DNA from: the human T2T-CHM13v2.0 reference genome, Homo sapiens
Length of the DNA stretch: 64,000 nt
Reading direction: 5' to 3' (one strand)
Assembly: GCF_009914755.1 (NCBI RefSeq)
Contig: NC_060927.1
In this document: positions 17,301 through 31,084 of the stretch, in pieces
How the letters are laid out: every line of letters begins with the position of its first letter
Numbering within the stretch: position 1 is the stretch's first letter
Program-made: the position numbers and the translations under genes
The notes under the pieces: generated by a model
Database searches by the model: none
Told to the model about the DNA's origin: nothing
What the model saw: only the letters and a program-made list of their open reading frames with translations

Positions 17301-17728
17301 CAAGACAAAAACCACATGATTATCTCAATAGATGCAAAAAAGGTCTTTGACAAAATTCAACAGCTCTTCATGCTAAAAAATTTCAATAAACTATGTATTG
17401 ATAGAACATATCTCAAAATAATAAGAGCTATTTATGACAAACCCACAGCCAATGTCATACTGAATGGGCAGAAGCTGGAAGCATTCCCTTTGAAAACCGG
17501 TGCAAGACAAGGTTGGCCTCTCTCACCACTCCTATTCAACATAGTACTGGAAGTTCTGGCCCGGACAATGAGGCAAGAGAAAGACATAAAGGGTATTCAG
17601 TTAGGAAAAGAGGGAGTCAAATTGTCTCTGTTTGCAGATGACATGATTGTATATTTAGAAAACCTCATCATCTCAGCCTGAAATCTCCTTAAGCTGATAA
17701 GCAACTTTAGCAAAGTTCAGGATACAAA
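14350..17728 (-). mobile_element. L1PA6/7-like LINE-1, 5'-truncated with a twin-priming 5' inversion (minus arm 14350-16210, plus arm 16211-17728)
   Basis: 3'UTR and poly(A) lie at the left end. ORF2 fragments occur on minus (14585-14905, 14936-15154) and on plus (17139-17681, RT domain). TSD atattctaacattct (14335-14349) / atattctaatattct (17729-17743). Endonuclease-type site TT/AAGA on the minus strand. Confidence 0.95.
16555..16750. repeat. Low-complexity palindromic insertion built from tatagaata/tattctata units inside the L1 plus arm
   Basis: Flanked by a duplicated ~30-bp L1 segment (16525-16554, 16751-16780). Contains 16-bp palindromes at 16567-16582 and 16724-16739. Confidence 0.9.
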
Positions 17729-19559
17729 ATATTCTAATATTCTTAAAGTAAATTTCAAAATAGCATTATTACTATAATTCCTTAGTATGTAAAAGAAAAT
17801 CTTAACAATATCAAAAAACTACTTGTGTATAACAGGCAAATTCAATTCTATTTGTAAGCACATAATTTTGACCCATACCAACAAAATATATTTTTGATAA
17901 GATGTATTATTTAAAGTTTACTGTTTAACTTTTACCATTTTTCCTGTTCTGTGTTTTTCTTAATAATTTGCATCAGACTTTTATAGAGTGATGCCCTCCC
18001 CCATAGTGAATCTGTATTTTGGAAATGGAGCTTTTTTTTTTTTCCTTTTTTTAGTTTGAGGCAGGTGTAAACTTAGCTCTAGAGCACCAACCTAAAGGTT
18101 ATTATACTTAAAAACTTAGAGGCCACTGTATTTTACTGTTCCAGTTTCAACATTCCAGGAGAGAGAAATAGATTGGTTCAGCTTATAATAGGTGCCTCTA
18201 CTGTGCTTTGAGTTATAGGCAGGAGTGTGTGTACCCTGAGCCAGGAAATAACTATAATTTATAATCTACAATGTACAGTCTCCAGTGTAAATTGTCTGTA
18301 ATCAATGATGATCCTAATAAATGGTCTTGATGTATAGACTCTATGCAGGGTATTTTCTTTTAATAGAATAGATACTTTATGAAAATAATTTTAACATCAA
18401 GTACAAAATGAATGAGAAACCTCTATTTTTCAAATATCGTTTTTCAAATATCATTACATGGCCATCCATACAAAATACTACAGCTTTTAATATCAAAAGG
18501 CTTTTTTACAAGTAAACTTGGAAATATTGACTGAAGTACACAAAAATATAAACGAAAAAGGACAAAAACACACACAGCGACTCGCTAAGGCAATACTAAT
18601 TACAAAATATTAAATTATGAATTTATTGTGGTTATATGTTAAATAATATTAGCTACTTTTCAATGTATTCACTTGATTTTCTTCAGTTATTTTTCTGTAT
18701 TTATAAATACTAAATGTTTTTTCACCCTCTCTTCAGGAGATATTTCTTCACTATTCATACAAAATAATACAATTTAGAAATACCTACTTCTAAATAAATA
18801 TTTGTAATGTGCCATTTTAAATTGTGTGAGCATGAAAATTACAAATTAGGTTAGGTATTCTACATTTCCTGATTTATTATTTCCCTGCAGGCTCTTGTGA
18901 GCCACCCTTGGAAACAGCAGTAAGCAAGCATTTTGCAGCTCTGGTGAAATGTAGGAGGTAGCGTTATTTTAGTACCAAAGTGTGGGTATTTTTAAGAATC
19001 AAGTCTCCTGGTTTTACACCTTTTAATGTTGAGACTAGCAAGTGGACTGAAGTACAAATGGAAAGTAGGGAGGTGAAATACTGAGTGATTGCTTTGAGTT
19101 TTCCATATCACTCACTTTCACATTTTAGAAAGAAGGGTAGTAGTTTAGAAAGAATAGCAGCAGTGCAAATCTATACATAATATATTGCATTTGGACTTTC
19201 AAAGTCCCATCAAATACACATAGTCCACCCTTCTTTTAATGGTGAAAACTGCACTCAGTGAGATTGAATGGGCTATCTCTAAATAGTGAATTTTGATAAA
19301 AATATTGTCTGGGTATTGATAAAAATGTTCTCCTGTGGGGATGATGATCAGTTATTTGTCACTTATTTATTTCTTTGCAACTTAAAATCTAACCTCATGA
19401 CCTTCTGCAAACATTAGTTAGTTGTTCAAAATTTATAAACTTGGTAGTCAGGATAGCTGCACTTGAATCACAGTTCCATCGTGGATTTGTGTGTGATCTT
19501 GAACCGACCTTGACTGATTGCATAAACCAATCTCAGTTCCAGCTTGTAAACCTTCTTGA

Positions 19560-19652
19560 AGTGGAGCTTGCAGTGAGCCGAGACTGCACCACTGCACTCC
19601 AGCGTCGGCGACAGAGCGAGACTTCCTCTCAAAAACAAATAAACAAACAAAA
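19560..19652 (+). mobile_element. Very short 5'-truncated Alu (AluY-like 3' end) with TSD, within a MIR-like remnant
   Basis: gtggagcttgcagtgagccgag...acagagcgagact plus A-rich tail. TSD aaaccttcttga at 19548-19559 and 19653-19664. Confidence 0.92.
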
Positions 19653-20672
19653 AAACCTTCTTGAGGACAATGAGTTTTGAAAGGCCACCTTATCTCATGT
19701 CTCGGTGTGTAGGCTGAAACTCTTATCAGAATGTGTTTTGAGATTTTTGAAACATTGGAAAATAAATGTTACATTAAACAAAATTCAAAGCAAAACAAAT
19801 CATAAGCCTATCATTTAAGGTCTTAAGCAGTTTCTATCTAGGAAGTTGAGATCTTATATACTCCTTTTAGAACAAAAATGGCTGTGTTGTGGGCAAATAC
19901 CTGAACTGGGCCTTTTAGTCAATCAGACATAAAGCAAAGACCCTGTGTTCTTAGTGCTGTAACTACATTGAGGGTAACAACGAAACGGAGATTTCTAATT
20001 TGGAGATTCAATGGCTACTCTAAAGGATTTGGGGGAAAGACCTAAGTGAGGGGGAAATAATTTAAGAGACAAGGAAGAGTTCACTCCTTCCTTTCCTGAC
20101 TCTGTTACTTTTCATGTTGAGTGTGGGCTCTTTTGGTGAGAAATGTATGAAAGAGGCTCTCCCACCTGCAGGGCTGCCTCTGAGTCTGTGCGACAAACAG
20201 CAGCATAAAGTGAGAGGGGGAAGCCAGCGCTGGTGCTTGACACTGGCAGCTACTTATACTGGCAGCTACTTTTACTTTGTTACCTTCTGTGTGTTGACTG
20301 GGTATCTAGCAAACCAAAATGTGCATTTCTATTTTGTTTATTACCTCCTCACTAAATACTCTCTCAGTAGTTCAAATAGTGTTTTGTAACTTCTTTATCA
20401 ACTCATTAAATGATTCTGTATTATCTATAAATAATTTTGCTTCTGCCATTGAATAGCCCTAGCTATTATCTTTTATCTTAGCACATTCATCACAATATAA
20501 ATTCTTTAAAAGTTAGAACACTGAAAAAAGGAAATCAGTATCTGAACAGCTATAGAAAGAGAGGCTTTGAGGAAAGAGAGGTGAAAGAAAGATAAAAATG
20601 ATTTTAGCAGCTAAGGTGTGACATCATGATGGCCTGGAACAGAGCATGAGCTAAGAAAACAGAGAAAGAATG

Positions 20673-21235
20673 TATATTAATCAAGGTTCTCCAGAGGAAC
20701 AGAACTAATAGGATAGACGTATATGTGAAAGGGAGTTTATGAAGGAGAATTGACTCACATGATCACCAGATGAAGTCCCATGATGGTCATCTGCAAGGTG
20801 AGGAGCAAGGAAGCCAGTAGTGGCTCAGTCTGAGTCCCAAAGCCTCAAAAGTAGGGAAGCTGACAGTGCAGCCTTCAGTCTGTGACCAAAGGCCCCAGAA
20901 CCCCTGGCAAACCACTGGTGTAAGTCCAAGGGTCTGAAAGTCAAAGAACCTAGAGTCCGATGTTCAAGGGCAGGAAGCATTCCGCATGGGAAGAAGATGA
21001 AAGCCAGAAGACTCAGCAAGCCAGCTTCTTCCACCTTTTCCTGCCTGCTTTGTTCTATTGGTGCTGGCAGCGGATTGGATGGTGCCCACCCACATTGAGA
21101 GTGGGTCTTCCTCTCCCAGTCCACTGACTCAAAGGTTAATCTCCTCTGGCAACACCCTCACAGCCACACCCAGAAAACAACAATAATTTGCATCCTCCAA
21201 TCCAATCAGGTTGACACTTAATATTAACCATCACA
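20673..21235 (-). mobile_element. HERVL solo LTR, MLT2A-like
   Basis: Begins tatattaatcaaggttctccagaggaacagaactaatagga and ends ttgacacttaatattaaccatcaca (TGTGATGGTTAAT on minus). 5-bp TSD gaatg/gaata. Confidence 0.9.
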
Positions 21236-21551
21236 GAATATATATGAAAAGTTTTAAGGCAAGAAATTTACTGGGCTTTGTGATATAGTTAAGCAACAAA
21301 AAACTAATTCCCGATTTTCAAACTAGGAGCAATTTTTAGTCTAATTTTGAGTAGTCATGCAATTGATTACATTATTAAAAGATCTTAAAGCTCCCTACCA
21401 TCCATTTATGGTAGAGAAGGTGTCATCAAGGAAATTAATTATAATTCTGAGTTTCTGTGGAATCCTAAGTTTACAAATTCAAAAGAAATTAATAGTCATA
21501 TTAATTCACTATGTCATTACAGTTGGATGTTATATGCATGACAGTAATTAA

Positions 21552-22700
21552 GATTCATTTATTCATTCAGTAACAATTATTAAACTGCTTTTTGCAGTTT
21601 TTCTAGGCGCTTGAGATTTATCAGAGGACAAAACAGGCAAAACTCTGCCTTCATGCAACTTACTCTCAGATGGGAAGAAACTGATCATAAACAAAATAAA
21701 TGAGTGAACATATGGTTTGTCTGAGAGTGCAAAATTCTGTGAAGAAACAAAACTTGGGGAAGAGAGATAAGAAAAGCTATTTTAAATAAATGTGAGAGAA
21801 AGCTTCATGAAGGTGACATTGCAGCAGACACTCATATAAGGACAGAGAGGTAGAAGTGTCATGTCTCATCCTTTAGAAGGATAGTGAGCCAAGCAGAGAA
21901 GCAGCCAGAAGTAAAGACACTCTGAGCATGTTGAAAGAAGAGCTCAGCCAGCCTGAGCAGACCAAAGTGGATAAGAAGAATAGAGGAGAGGAAGGCAGAG
22001 GTAGTGGGATGAGGAGAGTGATCAAAGGGGCCTTGTCAGCCATAGAATAATTCTGAATTTTTCTCAGATTGAGATGAGAAACGAGCAGAGAGTGTTGATC
22101 ATGGGAGTTAGATGATCCTATAAACATTTTCACAGTAACACTCAGGCTGTTATCAGAAAAGTAGACTATGGGGAAGGGAGAGAGGATCAGAAGCAGGGAG
22201 ACCAATTAGAGAGCTATTGCATTAATCCAAGCAAAAGATGAAGTTGGTTTGGATCAGAGTTAGCAATGAGGATGATGAGAATAGATGGAATGTTCTGTGT
22301 ATTTGAAAGTAGAGCAAATAGGACCAGCTGATGGCAAGAATGTGAGGTTGAAGAGTGAAAGAGGAGTCATGGATGATTTCATGGCTTTTGACTTGAACAC
22401 TTGAAATAACAAACTTGAGATGGAGAAGCTTGCAGGAGGTGAAGGTGGTGATTGTTTTGTGGGAAGGTTTGGATTTGTCCTTTTGAGCTTATTAAACATA
22501 CAAGAGGAGATTACATGATAGCCAATTGGGTATATGAGTCTGGAGTCCACAGACAAGCAAGTTAAAGATCTTAAATACAGAGTAGATATGTATTATCAGG
22601 CTTGATGGCTTAAGAAGATCTAGGGAAAAGGAGTCCAAGGACTGAGTTCTAGGATCCATCAGTAACCACAGGTTAAGGAGGTGAGGGGGAGACAGCACTT
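21552..22700 (-). mobile_element. L2 (about 1.1 kb, degenerate)
   Basis: L2 3' terminus attcatttattcattca; typical blocks gggagaccaattagagagctattgc and gaggagtcatggatgatttc. Confidence 0.8.
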
Positions 22701-24119
22701 GAATCATGAATTTAAATACTCTTTTTATTTTTAAAAATGTTTACAAAAAGAGCTTTCCAAATATTGTGACATTTGACTTGCAGAATTCTACTTCTGAAAA
22801 GCAGCGATAAAACTACGTTGGCTATTGTTTGTCCTGCAGTTACAAGTTGCAAGAGTTTTGACTTTCATTATCATCCTTTGATGAGTACCTATCCTTATTA
22901 TACAAATCCAGAAAAAAATAATTCTATTGTGGTTCTCTGCATACAATATGATTCCTCACGCTTGCCTTTGGAGATGAAGTTTTCTCCTTCAAGCATGCTT
23001 TACCTTGTCTTGTTCAGCCTCAGAATCCCAGATAGCAAGACAAGAAAGCTTTGCTCTCTTTTCCAGGAAGATAGTTAGCAAGAACAGGGAGGGCAGGATC
23101 AGACATCAATAATCTTACTAGGGGAATGGCATTTACCTCTAGGCCACCAGAGGGCAGGGCATCAATCCCTCATCTGTCCTGGGTATCTGCAGAAGCCTCT
23201 AAGAACACCTGCAAGTTATTTTAAGTCTATATCACCCACTTCCTACTCTTATTCATATCACTGAAGAAAACAAAGTGGAAACAACCAGAACCAAAGCAAA
23301 ATGCTCCCTAAATCCTAGTCCTCCTTTAGCTTAATCTACTTTTTTTCCTGGGACTAGAAAGAAAGGGGGCTGTTTGTTTTTGTTGCATACACAAGAAGTT
23401 AGGGTATACACTCTGTATACATCAGACTGTATCAGGAACTGTTTTATCTTCTATGCAACAAGCATTTTTCTGAACAAGGTCTAGGTGTGGAGCTGCAATG
23501 GTGATCATGACAAACTAACCTTATTCATGGAACTTTGTCAGTACTTCTCAAATCATTTTTGAGGGCCATTTTTCTCTATATATCAAGCACAAATAATGCT
23601 TTTGTAATGTACAATAAAATGAATTACTATAAAACAAAATAATAAGGCATTCAAAATGCAAGTTTCAGCTTATTATTAGGTTCTGCAAATATAACATAAA
23701 AAATAAAAATGTATGTATTTGTTGAGTGTGGATATATTGGGAATAATATAGATAATTATTATGCTTATAATTTTTTGTTATTCTGGAATTAGAACTAAAC
23801 ACAAAGTTATGAGAGAAACAGTAATTTTTCATATTAAATGTCTATATGCATATTTAGAATGAACATCATATACATCAAATATTTACATTTTAATGTGGCA
23901 CATGCTTGGTTGTGGCTTATTAATTTATATAATCCCTTTGGATTGGTTACAGCATTTCTTGCTGGGAATAATGTATAATCTGAACTGTTTCCATTCTTTG
24001 TATTAACATCAGTTATAGCAGAGAAATGAATCTTAGAGAAATACATTGGCAGTAATGGAAGAAGAGATTTTGAAGCAATTTCAGCAAGTTTAGGATATTT
24101 ATTTTACAATTTTTTCCAG

Positions 24120-24432
24120 GGCCAGGTGCGGTGGCTCATGCCTGTAAACCCAGCACTTTGGGAGGCCGAGGCAGGCAGATCACTTGAGGTCAGGAGTTCA
24201 AGACCAGCCTGGCCAACATGATGAAACCCCGTCTTTACTAAAAATACAAAAATTATCCAGGCATGGTGATGTATGCTTGTAATCCCAGCTACTTGGGAGG
24301 CTAAGGCAGAAGAATTGCTTGCACCTGGGGGGCGAAGGTTGCAATGATCTGAGATCACGCTACTGCACTCCAGCCTAGGCGACAGAGCGAAACTCCATCT
24401 CAAATAAATAAATAAAATAAAATAAAATAAAA
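24120..24432 (+). mobile_element. Alu (AluS-like), full length
   Basis: ggccaggtgcggtggctcatg through an (AAAT/AAAAT)n tail. Confidence 0.95.
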
Positions 24433-27009
24433 TTGTATCCAAAAAAGGCAAATTTTACCACATTTTCAAAAATTCATCATCAGTCCTGCATTAGTAGCCT
24501 GCTCCAGTATTTATCCTATAAAGTTATAGTTAAATACATTTTTATGAAAGAAATCAACTCAGGATCCATGAATTTTCATATGTGGATCTTATGTGACAAA
24601 ATATAAATTCAAAATGTTCTATCAGTGTTCTAAAATGGTCTATGATAACTTTTCCTAAATGTGCGATATCAAGATCATCACTTTTTCACTGATTATTGTA
24701 CTTAATTTATGAACCATGTCATAAATAATTGTAGAAACTCTATTATTCTAAGCTTCTAACTTTTGCTTGGTCCTTTGATCCTACCTGCCATTGCAAAGCA
24801 TGTTGCATTCATTCCTTGCAATCAGTAGAAAGATCTTTAAAGATACCAAATATATAAGATAAGTGAAGGCTGGCTGTCCAACCTACATATTTAAAACTTT
24901 GGAATGGGCTAGTTTCTTATCTTGTATAAATAAAAGTTTTTTGTTGTTCAGATATTCTCAAGAATTTTTCCATGTGTAAACTTGGTGCCTCAACATGCAG
25001 TATAGGTGCTATAATCAACATCTATGTTATTACATAATAAATATAACAATTTTGTATTTAATGAATTAGCTTTTACATACATAAATCACAAATTTTACGA
25101 AATAGCTAAGAACCCTGATATTTAGCTGATACTTCGATTGTGCACTAAGGTTTTCTTGACGAAGGAAGCAGTACCTTGGTTTATGGTCTATATGAACTCC
25201 TTAATCAGACTACATCAAAATATTTCCCTGCCATGGTAGCTTGCCAATCTACTTCTAGAAAACAAACAAACAAAAACAAACCACAAACCACATTACTGAT
25301 TTCTAAGCATTTTTCTCAATGTGTGTATTTATCTCTTTGCTGGTGAGTAATAAACTGTTGTGGACTGGCAGTTTGAGGAGCACTGTTATGTGGAAAGTAG
25401 AGATAATGTCTACTTTGCAGAGTTGTTGTTAAGATTATCCATAATCTTCACAAAGTGTCTATCAAATATTATCACAGACATTTAATTTACGAGAGCTATT
25501 AATTTGCATTGTACAATTATTTTTCATTTTAAGCAAATCTATAGTACAAAGAGAATAAGTAACAGACTGTATCTGAACTGAAAAAGTGGATGACCTTGTA
25601 GAGAAATTTATCTGTCTGTTTATAGCTATGCGTCAACATTTCGATATATAAAGATACAGGTATGTAAGTATAATAGAGTATCTCCTGCAAGAAAAACTAA
25701 CAAATTGTTAAAGAGTGGTCAATATATAGGCAGAAAAATTACAGCCCATCCGCGAGATTAGAGAAAAAACAAAACAAAACTCAAAACAGGAGATGAATTT
25801 AGAGATTGCTTCAAAAGGTGACAGAACAAGTTACTACAGTATGAGACAGTGCTAAAAGCTTTCTATGCATTTCGCTGTTGTAATTTTATTCTGGGACGTT
25901 TTTCACCCAATCAAAACGTACTGGAGAAATAGTGGATAGTTTATTTTACTTGAGGATGCTTAAAAAGCACTAACTCATATTGTACTCACAATGGAGATAC
26001 TGCTATGCACATTTTACATACAAGAATATTGAAGCAGAGGGAAACTTAGTAATTTGCTTAAGTTGCAATGTCCTTGGTGGTGCAAGGATACTAAGCAGTC
26101 TGATGTCACTCATAGCCTTTGCTTATCCATGGTTTAGAGTGCTGTGTCATGGATAGTAAATGGGAGCTTAAAATGGAAAACTTAGTGTAAACTTGTGTGG
26201 GAAAGAAAATGGATAGAGATTTTTTTTTTAAGAAAAAACAAAAAAACTCAAGGTGCACAAAGTGCTGTGAAAGGTGATGGAGGTAAAGAGGTATGACTCT
26301 CTTGTCACTGGGAGGTCTAGCTGGCACTGTTGTCTCTGAGGAATTAAAGCTACTTGTGAGACAGAGAACCAAGTGTGCAATCAGGGTGGAGTCTCTTCAT
26401 TCGTGGGTTGAGTCTAAAGAGCACATGGAAAGGGAAAATCACTTGTAATGTTTAAATTGTTCAAAAGTCCCTAAAATTGCCCCCAAGCATGAGAAGTACA
26501 TCCCATATGTCATTTCACTTTCTGGGTGTTTATTTGCTTGCTGAGTGGAGTGGCGGTCTATCCTGTATGGAGCAAGGTCAGGTACTTCATATGAGAAGCA
26601 GTAAGGATGCAAACTAAGAAGTGGAGAAGAAGGAAATAAAAGGCAGCTGTGAAAAAACTAAAATTTTTAAATTTATATTGGCAATAAACTGGTTTATTGT
26701 ATAATCAGGGAAGACTTGAGTAGGGGTTAATGATAACCAATGATGACTTAGTTCTCAAAGCTCTGTGAATGTGATGCCCAAAATGGAATGAAGGACTTCG
26801 GGTGGAGGAGATAAATGTGAGGAGAAGGGTTAAAATGATAAAAACAGAGAATAATGAATTTTGGAAAGGAAAAGTAATTTATATTGAAAAATAATAATAT
26901 GCATACACAAATGCATGTATTATATAAATTGAGGTACAGTTGATCTAAGCATCTGAGAACAGCATAAAACTGATAAGCATTTAAAGTACAATTACCGTGA
27001 GAGTGTGTA

Positions 27010-27410
27010 GTCAGATCACAGTAGAAAACACATGGCACCATCAAAAGGTTCAAGTTTAGAGGGCTTAATGAAGATACTATATTACAAAGATGTGGGAAGG
27101 CTTAAAGGAACTAACAAAAGATGAATAGCTCACGGACCAGAAAAGGTGAGGAGGTATTACTTACTATCCCTAAGGCTGATATGGCATGTGGCTTCAGCTG
27201 TAATCAAAACGTGCAGCCACTACCAGAGCCCAAATAAGTATTCCACCTTACTTTTCTACCCTACAATATGCTGCCATTGCCTTTCTTTGGCTGAACCTAA
27301 TTGTAAGCCAGAGGACAGGGGTGCTGGGAAAATGCATTCCATAAGGATCAGTTGCTCAAGACATAGTGTAGCCCATATAGAGTGCAGGGGATGAAAATGG
27401 CAGAATCTGA
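27010..27410. mobile_element. Old ERVL-type LTR (LTR33-like)
   Basis: ttggctgaacctaattgtaagccagaggacagggg...ccataaggatcag resembles LTR33-type LTRs. A related block lies at ~12050-12175. Confidence 0.45.
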
Positions 27411-27561
27411 CATAGCCACTATGAGTAACAAAATTATTCTCTGAATAATATTAAAGGGCTATCTGTAGGATTTGGAATACATATTTTATTTTATATTTTC
27501 TAAATTAACTTTGTTTTTTAGTCACTGTGTACCGATTTTTTAAAAATGTTATGACAGCCAC

Positions 27562-27668
27562 TTTTTAAAAATTTCGGTAGCTTTTGGGTTACAAATGGTT
27601 TTTGTTTACATGGATGAATTATATATTGGTGAATTCTGAGATTTTAGTACCTGTCATCTGAGCTGTGT
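27562..27668 (-). mobile_element. Short L1PB-like 3' end fragment
   Basis: tagcttttgggttacaaatggtttttgtttacatggatgaattatatattggtgaattctgagattttagt. Confidence 0.7.
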
Positions 27669-29529
27669 GTATAAATGTTTTCAAATACTAGGTCAGGGAT
27701 GAATTCTTACTGTTAATGCTTTAATCCTTTTTAGATGTTTTCTTTGTTCTCCATAAATGTAGATTGTATTGAAAATAATTTTGAGTATAAACTATTTCAT
27801 TTAATAATTGTTATGTTTTACAATTTCAGTAATATCTCTGAAAGTAAAATAATCTAGCAAGGAGATTAGTTTTGTAATTGTATCATGACAGTATAATTGT
27901 TGACCTTTTATATCATCACATACTTTTATAGAAATTCAGCATAATTTTTAAAACAACTTTATCATTCTGATATGACTCATTTATTATATATTTTTCAAGT
28001 ACATTATCAATCACTTTACTTGGAGCATTCTGCGATACCAATGAGTTAATCATGGCATATGTGCAATTACTGGCATCTGTTACTCTTTAATTTTTGTGTA
28101 AAGCTGCCCACTGTATTATTTAATGAACAAATGCACTTATCCTTAATCATTACTTTGCACTCAACTTCCATTAAAACAATGACAAATCAGACATTCACAT
28201 TTCAATCATTAAAATAACAGTAATGAATTATTTTCCTGGTAGTAGGGTTTTTATAGTTGTTTTTCTTAAAATGAATTTTTATCACTTTTTTTATGGTTAG
28301 CATAGATGCAAATGATAGAGATTGTTTTAATAGGCAGAAGTTAAGAGAAAGTGTGAAATACTTCCTCTTTCTCTCACTTGCAAGATGAAAAGATTCCCCC
28401 TACCGTTAGCAAATGATAGTGGGGAAATGAAGGATAAGGGTTGGAGAAGAATAAACATTTTTCTTTGAATTTAACCATGGGGAATTTCTGGAAGATTTAC
28501 AACCATATTGGTTCATTGATTACTCAGATGGCAGACAGATATTCTCAGTGTGTGCTCCCTTTTCCTAATGAAAAAGACTATTAGCCCACCTCAAAATGTA
28601 TATTAAAAGTTTTATTTTTGTTAAACGGAGAGCTCTGTTTAACCTATTTGCAGAATCGGGCCTCTACTTGAAAACAGCAATCACTTTTGAAGAAATATCA
28701 CTGCAATTACAAATCAAGTGGAAGTTAGAATAGATATAATGCTGTTACATTCTGATTACAAGATAAATGTAGTTAGGAACTGTTGAGTTCTTTGTGATCC
28801 AGAAATTATGTAGAAAATTCTAATTTTACTAAGTTACCCAAATTGACCCCAAAATGGATGGTCACATATGCAGGCTAGAAACTGAATCAAGGATGCCGAA
28901 AAGCACCATTAATACTGCCTTTTTCAATGACCTTAAAGAGAGGGTATTAAGAAAATCACACTAGGTTTCATTAAGATGAATAAAATTGAACATTTAAGTA
29001 AAGGAATAATCATTTTTGAAAAACATAATATGAAAATATATGACCATAAAATCTTGATAGCTCTCTAGCAGTGCTTGTAGAAATTGCAGTCTCTTTTCAA
29101 ATGTTATAGTAGGTGGCAACTCAGTAGAAAATTATAATAGCTGTCAAAATTCGTGTACATTTTATAAAATATGCATTTTGTTACTTTTTCAGGTGCTTGT
29201 AGTAATGTATATACACTGTGTTGCATAGCGCGGTGTGTAGATCCATAGAGACAGTATGTTTTCTTTAGTATCAAATAACTTGACAAGGAAATTATAAAAT
29301 TCTTTAGAAATTCAAGTGATTCTCAGTAAATTAAGCAATGGGGGATTATTCTATTTATGGAAAGCTTAATCATTTTCTATCTCTTTTATTATTTTAGAAA
29401 TTCCATTTCTTTTATTGTGTAGGAATCAGACCAGAGGCTACTAGAGAGACAACTGGTTAGAAAAGTTCATGAGAAAGGTTTCAAAAGGAAAATCTTCCTG
29501 AGGCTTATTTTCATATAAGTCTTTAGAAA

Positions 29530-29960
29530 GAACAGTTAATGCTGCTGTGCTGTATTTTTCCCAAATGTATTGTTTTTAACTCATAAAAATTTTTCTCTCA
29601 TATATCGTACTCAAAGTGAATGATTCAGGTCAACAAGATATTTCTGTTCCACGATGTCATTCATGGATCCAGGTTCTTTCTATCTTGTTGCCCTCCCATT
29701 GCCCAGGCTCTGTTTTCATTTGCTTGTCTGAAGTTGGTTATGGACAATTCCATGTTTTAGTTTATGAAAAGAATAAGAGGCAGAATAGAGAAGTACACAT
29801 TGGTTACCTCAATGCCCAGTTCCAGAAGTGGTGCATGTTACTTCTAGGCCACAGTAGCTGCAAGTGAAGTTGGGAAACACAGCTTAGGTGGGCAGGTACC
29901 ACTTACCATTTATTACAATGCAAGAAGAGGAAAATTGAGGTTAGTAAACAATTATTAGAC
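29530..29960 (-). mobile_element. Old MaLR LTR (MLT1J/K-like)
   Basis: gtcattcatggatccaggttctttctatcttgttgc, ccagaagtggtgcatgttacttct and agctgcaagtgaagttgggaaa match remembered MLT1J-type blocks. Confidence 0.55.
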
Positions 29961-31084
29961 CCTGACGTGCTATCCAAGCTTCTTGTAGGTTTGGCAGAGA
30001 TTTTAAAGGGCAATTTAGAAACTGTTTGAACTTTCATATTTGCCATAATCCCAAACACGGGTAAAGCAGTTGTAATATATAATATCAGTCGCTTCTTTGT
30101 ACTTATATATGGCTCATAGGAAAGGTAAGCATCTGTGTTCTAAACAAAAATAGATTTTTAAAATAGGAATTTTAAAACAGGAATAATCTTTGAACTGTAG
30201 ATTAAGAAAGAACACCATATGGGAGAAAAGAGAAAAAAGACTTCTAGGCAGTTCATAGATTATACAGTTATAATTTTCAATGACACATATATTACGTATG
30301 ACCAGGTAAGGCCTCCCAAATCTACCACAGTTAGCACATCAGAGTTCAAAAGTCTACTCAGCTAGAAACTTTATACCTATGTCTATATATCGTTAAACGT
30401 GGCTATGCCTCTCCTGTTTTCATTTACTTATATCTTGTATAATTCCTCACTCTCTCATTCTTTGTTTCTCCCTGACTTCTATCATCATTGATGTTGTTCT
30501 TTCAGCTATCTAACTTTTTTCTCTTAATATTCCATTTTAATCCCCTAATTTTCATCCTACAAACCATATTGTTTTCTCCTTCAGTGCATTGCAAGTTCTG
30601 TGAGGGAGATAATAATGACCATGTAACCAGCTTTTGCAATACTGTACCTGACAAATGATAGATTCCCAGTAAATCCTACTAAATGAGAAATGAGAGAAAA
30701 ATAGAAAATCTGAAATATGAAGTTCCTTTCCTACATTATCTCTTGAAGTGTAAATCTCACCTTGTAAGTTCTTATTTTATCTGGGCTAAGTTGGGCCCAG
30801 AAATTATTTTATTTGACCATAAGTATACTTTAGTGTCTAGCATCACCCTATATAAAAATAATAAAACTATATCTCTACTTCTTGTAACACTGATTTATAA
30901 ATGGTAAGTAATTCAAGATTATGTGTGTGAATAATTTAAAGACATACTTTTAGAAGCAGAACAAAGCAGAAAGATGAGTAATTATATCCTAATTTCAGGT
31001 TTCTTTAATAGTAGCCATTCAAGATAATGTCTGTGAAGGACTGGCTTTCTCTGCCAAACATAAGGATCCACCAACTGATCTGCT

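Noticed and set aside
17139-17681. 180-aa ORF with reverse transcriptase motifs (LFADD) as a novel RT gene or retron-like system
   Set aside because: It is a fragment of L1 ORF2 in the inverted arm of a truncated L1, ending at a premature stop with frameshifts nearby.
18860-18930. Cryptic 29-nt exon (ttccctgcag|...gca|gtaagc)
   Set aside because: The donor has a poor exonic match, and such pairs are expected by chance in 60 kb of intron.
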